DNA of 55,545 bases, taken from the NCBI GenBank assembly GCA_000990445.1, contig LBTJ01000001.1, positions 1 through 55,545 of the forward strand, in the 5' to 3' direction. Under the pieces are notes generated by a model. That model was not told the DNA's origin, did not search any database, and worked only from the letters and a program-made list of their open reading frames with translations. This DNA comes from Candidatus Roizmanbacteria bacterium GW2011_GWA2_37_7 (GTDB lineage Bacteria; Patescibacteriota; Microgenomatia; UBA1406; GWC2-37-13). Shown here in pieces: positions 1 through 8,851 of the stretch. Both the position numbers and the translations under genes were made by a program. How positions within the stretch are numbered: position 1 is the stretch's first letter; each line of letters begins with the position of its first letter.

Positions 1-95
1 AAGTCAGAAGAGACATTTATATATTTAGCCATGATAGGACTCATGCTCAGAAGAACGGAGGTCTCAAATAAGGGCTAAAGAATCCAAACAGGCTC
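1..95 (+). mobile_element. Right end of an IS5-family element (IS1031-like): transposase C-terminus 1-78 plus terminal inverted repeat
   Basis: Frame 1 reads KSEETFIYLAMIGLMLRRTEVSNKG* (stop 76-78), like the IS5 transposase C-terminal 'SExxIYLAMIxLMLRR'. The reverse complement of 81-95 is GAGCCTGTTTGGATT, an IS5-type TIR, followed by TAA at 96-98. Confidence 0.75.
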
Positions 96-579
96 TAAGC
101 TTGCTGGATTCCCGAGTATCAGATTGGGCTGGACAATTGTTCCACGGTCACTTTCAAATAAAAAGATAGAGAAAGGACAACTTAATTCAATATGGAGGAG
201 AAGACAGCAGACGGGTTTCAATGGTGCCTCAGTTATTGTTCAAGAAGGTGGAATTGCGGCATTATCATCTGAAGGAATAAAAGAAAGTAATAAAAATATT
301 GATTATTACATGACTAACACCGCTTTAATTAAAAGCACCTGTAACAAAATAGGTTTTAAATCATATGGTGGGACGAATGCCCCTTATGTATGGTTAAAAA
401 CTCCGCAAAAAATGAAATCGTGGGACTTTTTTGATTTTCTTCTTAAAAAAGCTAGTACTATTTGTGCTCCAGGAATAGGTTTTGGTTCCTCATGTGAAGA
501 TTTTTTTAGACTCTCAGGATTTGCCAAAAAAGAGGATATTAAGGGAGCTTTACGATGTATGCAAAGGGCATTCCTTTAA
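96..579 (+). pseudogene. dapL: 3' part of LL-diaminopimelate aminotransferase, interrupted by the IS
   Basis: KLAGFPSIRLGWTIVP, FNGAS, GGTNAPYVW, SWDFFDFLL and PGIGFG motifs. Similarity starts at the IS end, at the PLP-lysine motif. Confidence 0.8.
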
Positions 580-630
580 AGTATTTTTACCATTTTGTTT
601 CATGCCTTATAGCATTATTATACGAATCCC

Positions 631-658
631 GTCAACCTTCCTGACAATTCTGTCATTC
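631..658 (+). promoter_or_regulatory. 28-bp operator, copy 1 (GTCAACCTTCCTGACAATTCTGTCATTC)
   Basis: One mismatch to copy 2. Contains the TGACA-N4-TGTCA palindrome. A -10-like TATATT lies at 679-684. Confidence 0.8.
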
Positions 659-690
659 TCTTTCTCCCCCTTTTTCCATATATTGAATCT

Positions 691-814
691 GTTTCTTGTT
701 TGAGAGGTTAGGCGAGGTTGCAATAGCCGTGACCTCAACCTGATCTCAAAAACCAGAAGCACCTCAACAATCTGTGTGACGCATCTTGTATGAAAGGAGA
801 ATTCTCATGCGTCA
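691..814 (+). ncRNA. Structured 5' leader or small RNA (70-nt hairpin plus a hairpin covering the start codon)
   Basis: 691-760 folds as a long stem (GAGGTTGC/GTGACCTC, GGTTAGG/CCTGATC, TTTGA/TCAAA, GTTTCT/AGAAGC). TGACGCAT at 777-784 pairs with ATGCGTCA at 807-814. Confidence 0.5.
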
Positions 815-944
815 AAAGCTTGTGTTCTTGGTCGTGATCACAAGCGAAAAACCAACCGATTTTGTCCTTATTGCCGTTAATTTTGAGGTTAAATACTTTA
901 TGAAGACTCGAATTTATGAATTCTTTGGCAATAATGAATCGTAG
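807..944 (+). CDS. 45-aa small ORF with hydrophobic N-terminus (possibly a truncated gene)
   Basis: Strong SD AAAGGAG before ATG 807. Reads MRQKLVFLVVITSEKPTDFVLIAVNFEVKYFMKTRIYEFFGNNES and overlaps the 3' end of the regulator on the other strand. Confidence 0.4.
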   Translation: MRQKLVFLVVITSEKPTDFVLIAVNFEVKYFMKTRIYEFFGNNES

Positions 945-1938
945 TTATGTCTGCTGGACTATAATATTCAATTTCAAATCTTGGATCATCATAAAGCGGA
1001 ACAACATATATATTATATGTCAATCTCATTCCTTGATACATAATGATTAAATTTATATACCATTCGTCTTTAATGATAGATCTCTGCAAAGATCTAAAAT
1101 GAACAATAAATCGTAACAAATTCTCGTGCCAAATAACTCTATCATTTCCCATTAATATTTTATTCATTTGAAAAGCTGGATCAAAAAGAATTTCAATCGC
1201 AGTTGGATTTTCCTTATGAATATTGGACATTTCTTCTTTTTTCATATCAAGGATTTTACTATGTTTATTATTTATATATATAACCCGCCAACAAAAATCA
1301 TATAAGACTGCTGAATACTGATATGACTCTAATACTGGTGCCATTGTTTCTTGAACTGACTTTATTTCTTGTTTCGTAGGCATATAATTACATAACAATA
1401 AAATATTATTTATTTCTTGTTTTTGGAGTCCAAGCACATTGCAGTATTTTTCAATAAAATTTTTATCAATATTTGTTGAATCACCCCTTTCAATTTTGTC
1501 AATAAAATCATAATCTGATACATTAAGGGCAAGCATCATTTCTGATAAAGTTATATTTTTTTGAATGCGATATGTTTTTAATAGTGAACTAATATCTTGT
1601 ATTGTATTTTGATTAATAATTTTTTCTAAAAACTTAGGAAGGTTTATTTTCTCTTGATCAGTTAAGTAACCTTGGTTTGCTGCTTCAAAAAAATGGTTTA
1701 CTTCAGAAATCAACCGTATTGCTCCACGTTTGATAAAAATATTTACAATTGTTAATAATATTCTTCTATCGCTAGGAACTCTTGTTCCGTTTTGCCACCT
1801 TGTAAATAAAGAGCTTTCATACACAATGCCTTCTTGAGCAAGAAGATCTCCAAATTCGGAAAGTGTTTCGATTTCTGCACGAAGACGATATTTTTTAAAT
1901 AGTTTTGCAAAGCTTATCCTGCTTGAAGTTTTTTTCAT
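898..1938 (-). CDS. Transcriptional regulator with two XRE-type HTH domains and an MmyB-like (PAS-like) ligand-binding domain
   Basis: HTH1 FAKLFKKYR...SLFTRWQNGTRVP; HTH2 LLKTYRIQKNITLSEM...KIERG; C-terminal YSAVLYDFCWRVIYIN...IEILFDP...IEYYSPAD. Confidence 0.75.
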   Translation of the reverse strand: MKKTSSRISFAKLFKKYRLRAEIETLSEFGDLLAQEGIVYESSLFTRWQNGTRVPSDRRILLTIVNIFIKRGAIRLISEVNHFFEAANQGYLTDQEKINLPKFLEKIINQNTIQDISSLLKTYRIQKNITLSEMMLALNVSDYDFIDKIERGDSTNIDKNFIEKYCNVLGLQKQEINNILLLCNYMPTKQEIKSVQETMAPVLESYQYSAVLYDFCWRVIYINNKHSKILDMKKEEMSNIHKENPTAIEILFDPAFQMNKILMGNDRVIWHENLLRFIVHFRSLQRSIIKDEWYINLIIMYQGMRLTYNIYVVPLYDDPRFEIEYYSPADITTIHYCQRIHKFESS

Positions 1939-1966
1939 AGGCAGAAGCTATTATAGCCTACTTCCA

Positions 1967-1994
1967 GTCAAACTTCCTGACAATTCTGTCATTC
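1967..1994 (+). promoter_or_regulatory. 28-bp operator, copy 2, in the divergent promoter region
   Basis: GTCAAACTTCCTGACAATTCTGTCATTC. -10 TATAAA at 2015-2020; minus-strand TATAAT at 1950-1955 for the regulator. Confidence 0.8.
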
Positions 1995-2026
1995 ACTTTT
2001 TTGATTCTCATAGGTATAAAGTTTGT

Positions 2027-2356
2027 ATGAAGAAACAAAAAAATCAAAGTATCACGATGCATAAACTTAAAAATATGCTCTGGGATCTTACTGATGGTAA
2101 AGATTGGGAAGATAAATATTACCCCGACAACCTTGCAAAATCGATTGTCATAAGCTCAAATGACCTTTTAAAAGAATTTCAATGGGTAGACAACGTAGAT
2201 TCATGGGAAAAAATCAATAATGAAAAAGGTAAACAAAAAATTGCATATGAGATGATTCATGTTATTTATTACACAATGATGCTCGCAGAAATCATGAAAA
2301 TTGATATTGTCACATATCTGCAAATGAGACTTAGAGAAAAATATAGCTTAGTGTAA
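2027..2356 (+). CDS. MazG-like/dCTP pyrophosphatase (RS21-C6-type) homolog with degenerate acidic motifs
   Basis: DWEDKYYPDNLAKSIVISSNDLLKEFQW aligns by eye to DWxQFHxPKNLAxSIxIEAxELLExFQW. Confidence 0.65.
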   Translation: MKKQKNQSITMHKLKNMLWDLTDGKDWEDKYYPDNLAKSIVISSNDLLKEFQWVDNVDSWEKINNEKGKQKIAYEMIHVIYYTMMLAEIMKIDIVTYLQMRLREKYSLV

Positions 2357-2363
2357 TTGCGCC

Positions 2364-2489
2364 TTATATCTTTGCTCTTTTTTTAAAAATAATTTTCAAA
2401 GGTATCCCTATACAAATATAAAAGAATAAAAAAATACCTATAATGCCTGCAAAAATAAGTAACAATATATTTTCTATATTCCTTCTCAT
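2364..2489 (-). CDS. 41-aa single-pass membrane peptide (absent from the ORF track)
   Basis: MRRNIENILLLIFAGIIGIFLFFYICIGIPLKIIFKKRAKI*. Lies downstream of operator copy 3 and its TATACT box. Confidence 0.6.
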   Translation of the reverse strand: MRRNIENILLLIFAGIIGIFLFFYICIGIPLKIIFKKRAKI

Positions 2490-2552
2490 AGATACTACTT
2501 AAGTTAAAAGTATATTCGCGCCTTGTAGTATAAATTCCTTAACACGAAATAA

Positions 2553-2580
2553 GAATGACAAAACTGTCAGAAAAGCTGAC
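2553..2580 (-). promoter_or_regulatory. 28-bp operator, copy 3 (inverted)
   Basis: Reverse complement GTCAGCTTTTCTGACAGTTTTGTCATTC, 23/28 identical to copy 1. -10 TATACT at 2532-2527. Confidence 0.75.
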
Positions 2581-2596
2581 CACAGGAAGCTTATTT

Positions 2597-3166
2597 TTAC
2601 GCGGGATTTTCTCTCATGTGCTTTACGATCATGTCACGAAGAAGTTTTGATTTGGTGACGCCTCGTTCTTTTGCTGCGTCATCGATATATTGGAGAAGTT
2701 TGGGGCTGAGGAAAAAATTAAAGCGTTTGTCCCGTTTTTCACGGGCAATTTCTAGAGCATTTCGAAGGACTTTCCTATAGTTGTCATTGTTATAGCTCTT
2801 AATAATGAGTTTTTCATCTTCTATGCCTGATAAAAAATATGGGATATTGTCTTTGTAATAAAGAACTATTGTGGGTTTTGATGATTCAAGGGATTTTTGT
2901 ACAATAAATCCATTCCCCAAACTATGAGCGCTTGATTCAATAATACAAATATCAGCTTCCTGAATACACTTCATTTTCTTACGATAGTTTTCAACCTGCG
3001 CCTTCCTACCCTTAGCCATAAAATCAATATATTGTTCATAGGTGATTGACACGGCTTCGTCATCCACATGAGAATAACCCATATGTTCAAGCACTTCATA
3101 AATATGACGATAATATTTTCCGAATTCTTTTTCCCCTGCATAAGTAGCACCAAAAAATACTTTCAT
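2597..3166 (-). CDS. Nucleoside 2-deoxyribosyltransferase-like domain fused to a C-terminal ribbon-helix-helix
   Basis: MKVFFGAT...IQEADICIIESSAHSLGNGF...KPTIVLY; C-terminal RFNFFLSPKLLQYIDDAAKERGVTKSKLLRDMI. Confidence 0.7.
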   Translation of the reverse strand: MKVFFGATYAGEKEFGKYYRHIYEVLEHMGYSHVDDEAVSITYEQYIDFMAKGRKAQVENYRKKMKCIQEADICIIESSAHSLGNGFIVQKSLESSKPTIVLYYKDNIPYFLSGIEDEKLIIKSYNNDNYRKVLRNALEIAREKRDKRFNFFLSPKLLQYIDDAAKERGVTKSKLLRDMIVKHMRENPA

Positions 3167-3183
3167 ACAATAATTATAATAGA

Positions 3184-5286
3184 TTAATAAACCATCTCAA
3201 ATTGAAATTTAAACCTTGCATTCCATGGATAATCCCCACCAAGCATAATATATCGGATACTATCCTGCACAACAGGAAAAATTCTTTGAATAACCTCAAC
3301 AATTTTAAGCTCTTTTTCATCTTTTTTCTTGCTCGTATCTCCTGCAATCTGAACCATATTGATGTATGCATCTCGCACAGGCTTAATAAATAACAGCTGT
3401 TGCATGTACGATACAAAATAATTATTACTTAATGGTAAGATTTCTATATGTTTTGAAAGCTCATCGGTTTGCAAATGTGAAAAATTTCTTGTCATGGTAA
3501 CGTCGATTTTTTTCAATGCAAGTTCTTGCTCATTTTTCATTCGTTCTAGTTTTAATAAACTTTCTTGTGAGCCTTGGACAATAACATGTATTTTCTTGTT
3601 TACCCATTGTATAAATAAAAGATGTTTCTGTCTATTGTTTAATTTCAATTTACCATGTAAATATGAAATATCACCAAAAAACTGCTCAATATACTCAATA
3701 TTATGAATAATATTTTGATTATTTACCTGCAAATATTTATAAAGAACAAAGTCTGATTGAAATCTTTGTATAAAAACTTTTTTAATTTTTTGAAGAGCTT
3801 CTTGAGTGAATAAACTAGCGTCTTCCTGTCCTATTGATTTATTTTTATACAATAGCTGAAACAGCATTTTTGCTTTAGTAAACATATTTATAAAATTATG
3901 AGTCACAGTCATTTTTCTTCGTATATTGCAAATTTTTGTTTTTACCTTTACAAAATTGATAAGGATATGCTTGGACACGAATATTGCATTTGGGTTTTTA
4001 AAACGTTCAAGGAATGCAATAGTTGTATCAACATTATGAGTATGCATTCGTAATGGTGAATCGAATATTTTGCTTTCTAATCCTTCTTGTAGTATTTTTT
4101 TTAATTCTTTTCGTGTAAACGCAGAATCCTCATGAAGAAGTTTTCCACGATAATTAAAGTCAAGAAATCCTGAAAATCCCACACTTAGCTTTGTATAATT
4201 TTTTAATAACCATTGATACTGTGCAATTTCCTGACAATGAAAAGGGGTAAGAAATGATTTTTTCCAATTTTTGATCAACTTTGTATCTGTTAATTGGAGG
4301 ATAACTGAGTGCATCCAAATATTTGAACGCTCTGTATCCAGATGATCTATCTGTTTGCCCCGTACATGTAGAGTAGCTTGATCAATATGAAACTGCTTGT
4401 AGTATGTGGCGTATTTCTCTTTAAGATATTGTTTTACTATTTGAAGAATCTCTGGTCCAAAGTATGTATATAAAACCCATGCCTTGATATGTGTATCAGG
4501 ATCATGGTTTGCAGGACTTAATCTACACTTCTTTTCTAATGCTCGCATATATGGCTCAACCATCTCAAACCAATTCTTTAAATAACCACGCGTTCCAAGC
4601 TTCAAATCAGTAAATGGCACTGTCACTAGTATATTATTGGGGTCATGCAGTCGAACATACCTTTTTACTGCATGGACAATTCCATCGTATACCCGTTGGG
4701 TTACAGACTCTGCATCCTGGATTCCATATTCTTCAAACCGTAAATACCAAGGAAATGTTTCGTCATACATAATGTTAAGACCATGTCGCGGTATAAGCGC
4801 TCCAGTAACCTGTGTCCATGTAGGAAACTGCAAACACATCCTAGTGATATACTGGCATATTAATGGAGATAACTCATTATCTTGTTGCAGAATGCGAATA
4901 ATTTTCGTATCAATACTTTCTAGGGCGCACGCTCCACCAAGTGCAATAATTTGATCATTAGGCAAACTTTTTTCCAACCACGATGAAAAATTCCCACCTA
5001 TCATAGCAATCTTTGTTACGGCTTCTCCATAGATATTTACCAATCTATCAAACTCATTTTCAGATATACTAAACCATCCTTTTGAATATACCGAGTTTGA
5101 TAAATACGACCTCTGTTCTATTGAAGAAATTGAACGACCTTTCGTTATTGATTCATATGCGCTTTGTGCATATTCCAGTCTAGATAAATCAAAAGCAGCA
5201 TGCGACTTTGGATTCTCTGAAATCACCAAAGCCACAGCATTCATAATCTTTTGATACTCTTGATAAGTTAATAAATTCTGTATCAT
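3184..5286 (-). CDS. Hypothetical 700-aa protein, AT-rich
   Basis: Long open frame; no family recognised. Confidence 0.75.
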   Translation of the reverse strand: MIQNLLTYQEYQKIMNAVALVISENPKSHAAFDLSRLEYAQSAYESITKGRSISSIEQRSYLSNSVYSKGWFSISENEFDRLVNIYGEAVTKIAMIGGNFSSWLEKSLPNDQIIALGGACALESIDTKIIRILQQDNELSPLICQYITRMCLQFPTWTQVTGALIPRHGLNIMYDETFPWYLRFEEYGIQDAESVTQRVYDGIVHAVKRYVRLHDPNNILVTVPFTDLKLGTRGYLKNWFEMVEPYMRALEKKCRLSPANHDPDTHIKAWVLYTYFGPEILQIVKQYLKEKYATYYKQFHIDQATLHVRGKQIDHLDTERSNIWMHSVILQLTDTKLIKNWKKSFLTPFHCQEIAQYQWLLKNYTKLSVGFSGFLDFNYRGKLLHEDSAFTRKELKKILQEGLESKIFDSPLRMHTHNVDTTIAFLERFKNPNAIFVSKHILINFVKVKTKICNIRRKMTVTHNFINMFTKAKMLFQLLYKNKSIGQEDASLFTQEALQKIKKVFIQRFQSDFVLYKYLQVNNQNIIHNIEYIEQFFGDISYLHGKLKLNNRQKHLLFIQWVNKKIHVIVQGSQESLLKLERMKNEQELALKKIDVTMTRNFSHLQTDELSKHIEILPLSNNYFVSYMQQLLFIKPVRDAYINMVQIAGDTSKKKDEKELKIVEVIQRIFPVVQDSIRYIMLGGDYPWNARFKFQFEMVY

Positions 5287-5361
5287 ATAATAATGTGATG
5301 TATATTTTGAGCAATAAATTATACTATAAGATATATTTATTTCTACAAAAATACATATTTC

Positions 5362-7056
5362 TTACTCATATCTCTCAAAGTACACTTTTAGTATCTCTTT
5401 TGCAATAGGAGCCGCAATATCAGACCCTTGTCCTCCTTCTTCAACTAAAACCGTAAGTACGATCTCTGGATTGTCAAATGGTGCAAAAACTGTAAACCAT
5501 GCATGAGGTTTCCCAGATTTTGCGTGAGATTCAGCTGTTCCGGTTTTACACCCAACAGAGATATTTGTAGTAATTACTGCTGTTGGACTTGCCTCTTTCT
5601 GAATACTATCAGACTGTATTTCTTGTTCTGAGATATTCTCTTGCTGTTGAACAGAAAAATTGAAAAATGGCCACCCAGTACCTCCGGTTTGACAGGCTTT
5701 GTGCATTCCTTCCCGAATCAACTCATATGTTGTATTTGACATCAGAAGTTCTTTACACGATGCGTCGTGTGCAGATTGTACTTTCAGAACTTTCGGATCA
5801 CACAAATACCCGCCGTTTGCAAATACCGCAGTTGCCCGTGCTATCTGTAATGGTGTTGTGGCAACATATCCTTGGCCGATTGATAAATTGTACGTATCTC
5901 CCAAAAACCATCGTTCTCCAAATGTATCTTGTTTCCAAAATGTGGATGGAATAATACCCACTGCTTCGTCAAGCCCAAGGTTTGATGAGTTTTGAAATCC
6001 AAAAATTTCAGCCCATTTTTTAATTTTTTCTGGGCCAAGTTTTCCACCAAGAAGATAAAAATATATATCATTGGAGCGTTGAAGCGCCTTGAGCATATTT
6101 ACTTCTCCCTCTGTGCGGCCATACTCCAGATAATACCAATTATGAAATTTCAGTGGTCCAGCTTCAAGAACTCCGCTATCCATAATAGTCTCATCCGGCG
6201 TGATCACTTTCTCTTCAAGACCGGCTGCAGCAATAAATAATTTAAACGTGGATCCAGGAGCATACACGCCTTCTGTTGCTCGGTTGAAAAGCGGTTCATC
6301 CTTGTCATCAATCAGCTTTTTGGCTAATTCCGAGTCTCCGTCCTCAAAAATCTGCGGATCATATCCGGGTGTTGAGGCCAAAATAAGTACATCGCCTGTG
6401 TCGGGCTTTAGTCCAATCACTGCTCCTTTCGTATCGCCCAGAAGCTCCATTGCCTTCTCTTGAAGTACGATGTCGAGGGCAAGCTTCAGATCGTCTCCTG
6501 CCTTTGGATCAAGAACGCTAAGTGTTTTGATATATTCACCATGCGCATCAATTTCGACAAGCTTCTTTCCGCGCCTACCGCGAAGCTCGCATTCATAGAG
6601 TTGTTCTACTCCTTTTTTTCCAACTTTATCTCCATACTTAAGTTTGTTCATACACGAGTCTGATTCCAAATCATCTGTATCGGCAATTTGCCGATACCCA
6701 ATGATATGACTTATTACATCAGAGTATTTATAGATTCTGTTTGAAGTTACACGCTCGTCATTGTCAGAAATATCTGGAGTTGTATTTGAGACAAGAATAA
6801 CGCCTTTTCGATCAACAATCGTACCTCGAGGCGCTTCAATAACAATCTCTTTGACTCTATTGTCGTCAGAAAGTACTGAGTAATAATTGCCTTTGACAAT
6901 AGTAAGCCTGAATAGTTGAACAAGTGCTATCAAAAAAAATATTGCCACACCAAGTCCATACAGTAAAAATAGGCCTTGCGAATATGACCGTTGCCTTGTG
7001 TCAAATGACATTGAGCCTGTATCGCCTTTGCGGATATAAGATAGTTTTTGATTCAT
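5362..7056 (-). CDS. mrdA: Penicillin-binding protein 2 (class B transpeptidase)
   Basis: N-terminal TM, APRGTIVDR, PGSTFK (SxxK), SND (SxD), KTGTAE. Confidence 0.9.
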   Translation of the reverse strand: MNQKLSYIRKGDTGSMSFDTRQRSYSQGLFLLYGLGVAIFFLIALVQLFRLTIVKGNYYSVLSDDNRVKEIVIEAPRGTIVDRKGVILVSNTTPDISDNDERVTSNRIYKYSDVISHIIGYRQIADTDDLESDSCMNKLKYGDKVGKKGVEQLYECELRGRRGKKLVEIDAHGEYIKTLSVLDPKAGDDLKLALDIVLQEKAMELLGDTKGAVIGLKPDTGDVLILASTPGYDPQIFEDGDSELAKKLIDDKDEPLFNRATEGVYAPGSTFKLFIAAAGLEEKVITPDETIMDSGVLEAGPLKFHNWYYLEYGRTEGEVNMLKALQRSNDIYFYLLGGKLGPEKIKKWAEIFGFQNSSNLGLDEAVGIIPSTFWKQDTFGERWFLGDTYNLSIGQGYVATTPLQIARATAVFANGGYLCDPKVLKVQSAHDASCKELLMSNTTYELIREGMHKACQTGGTGWPFFNFSVQQQENISEQEIQSDSIQKEASPTAVITTNISVGCKTGTAESHAKSGKPHAWFTVFAPFDNPEIVLTVLVEEGGQGSDIAAPIAKEILKVYFERYE

Positions 7057-7062
7057 TACCTC

Positions 7063-8841
7063 TTATTCTATCAATCTTTTTTCTTCTTCTGAAGCAACTA
7101 CCTGAAAACCGACATGAGACTGTCCGGCAAAGAAAAGCCCTTCTCCAATCCCTGCAGAAAGCAAAAAATGTTTTTCTCCTCCTGTCAGGTAAAATGTTTT
7201 GGTAATGCGGTCTACTGCAGCTGTTGATTGTTTGAGAATAATCTGAAGACTTGAGTTTGTGATGATTGCCTTTCCTTCGTCTGTTGCCAAAAAATCCTCA
7301 ACGTCTTGCGTGATCGTGGTCATGCCAAGTTTATATTTTCTCGCACGTTTTGCAAAATTATGAAGATATGCTCCTGAGTCTTTATTTTTTATAAGATACC
7401 ATGCCTCATCAACGATCAACACTCGTTTCCGATGTTCACCGCGTCGCACGCGATGCCATATATAGTCAAGGATAATATACATTGCTACGGGCCGTAAATT
7501 TTCCTCCAAATCGCGAATTCCAAACACGGTAAATGTATTTTTAATATCAAAGTTCGAGTGGTTATTAAAAATTCCTGCTGCCGACCCTTCCACAAATTTC
7601 TCAAGCCTATCAGCAAGTTCCCTTGCCTCAATCGCCTCCATGCCGATCAAAATCTTATACAAATCTTCAAGAAGCGGCGGTTCTTTCATAAATGTTTCAG
7701 GCTCCTGGGTGATTCCTTTTTCCCGGTATGTTAATACAAGCGCCCGGTCAAGCAGCGCGTCTTGAGAAGGGGTTAGTTCTCCCATAATAACCTTCATGAG
7801 TGAGTGCAAATCAAGAATTTTGTTTGGAAGCTCATCTGGTTCTGGATTTTCGTCGTTCAAATCAAATGGATTGAGCTTATACTCTGAGCTTGCTGAAAAA
7901 TCTACAAATTCTCCGCCTAAATTTTTACAAAGCGTTCTGTACTCATTCTCAGGGTCAAGAATAATAACGTCAACATCCATCATCAAAAGCCTCAAAGCCT
8001 CAAGTTTCACCATAAAACTTTTTCCTCCTCCTGACTTTCCTAAAATCACTGCATTTGCATTCTCGAGAGTAAAACGATCAAAAATAATTAAGCTTCCGTC
8101 GTGCTGATTGATACCGTACATGACCCCTTCGTTTCGGGTAAGAGAGGCTGTTGAAAATGGAAATGTCATAGCAAGTGAAGTCGTGTCCATATTCCGCCAT
8201 ATCTGAAGTTGATCTCGGAACATCGGTAAAGTGGACTTAAATCCTTCTTCTTGCTCAAGCGTCGCTTGTTTTGAAACAATAAGAAGTGACGACAGCGTTG
8301 AGTCGATCTCTTTGGTCACACTATTGAGCTCTGCCTCGGTGTCGGCAGGTACTGTGATATAGAGTGCAAACTGGAAAAACCGCTCTGCACCTTTTGCAAG
8401 CTCAGCTTGAAGAGAAAGCGCATCGTCAAGCGCAACCTGCACAGTCGGGTCTATCACTTTTCCTGCTTTTATATCACTTTCAACTGTTGCCTGCATCTCA
8501 GCAATTTTCCTCTTCAGTTCATTGAGAATGGCTTTTGATTCCGAAGGATAAATAAACATTGAGATGTTGAGCGGATGATCGTAGGTGATAAGCGAGTTCA
8601 TCCAGTTTGCCGAAACATAGCGCGGATATCCAACTACAAACAATGTCCGATAATATTTCGCGTCGATTTTAATATGATTAAAATCTACCTCAACATATGA
8701 AGGGGCGACAATATCTCTGATTGCCACATCGCCTTTGGACAACACATCAGCTACTTTGAGAACGCCACCGGGGATATTGCTTTTGTTTGCGTCCTTATTA
8801 CTATCTTTCTTGTTTATTTTATTTTTATTATTGAATAACAT
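7063..8841 (-). CDS. VirB4/TraC-like ATPase
   Basis: Walker A GKSGGGKS, DPENEY, INPFD-like LNPFDL, LIVDEAW, RARKY, TQDVEDF. Confidence 0.9.
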   Translation of the reverse strand: MLFNNKNKINKKDSNKDANKSNIPGGVLKVADVLSKGDVAIRDIVAPSYVEVDFNHIKIDAKYYRTLFVVGYPRYVSANWMNSLITYDHPLNISMFIYPSESKAILNELKRKIAEMQATVESDIKAGKVIDPTVQVALDDALSLQAELAKGAERFFQFALYITVPADTEAELNSVTKEIDSTLSSLLIVSKQATLEQEEGFKSTLPMFRDQLQIWRNMDTTSLAMTFPFSTASLTRNEGVMYGINQHDGSLIIFDRFTLENANAVILGKSGGGKSFMVKLEALRLLMMDVDVIILDPENEYRTLCKNLGGEFVDFSASSEYKLNPFDLNDENPEPDELPNKILDLHSLMKVIMGELTPSQDALLDRALVLTYREKGITQEPETFMKEPPLLEDLYKILIGMEAIEARELADRLEKFVEGSAAGIFNNHSNFDIKNTFTVFGIRDLEENLRPVAMYIILDYIWHRVRRGEHRKRVLIVDEAWYLIKNKDSGAYLHNFAKRARKYKLGMTTITQDVEDFLATDEGKAIITNSSLQIILKQSTAAVDRITKTFYLTGGEKHFLLSAGIGEGLFFAGQSHVGFQVVASEEEKRLIE

Positions 8842-8851
8842 AGTATTCGGA

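Noticed and set aside
631..2580. 28-bp repeats as a CRISPR array
   Set aside because: Copies are 0.6-1.3 kb apart, one is inverted, and no cas genes are present.
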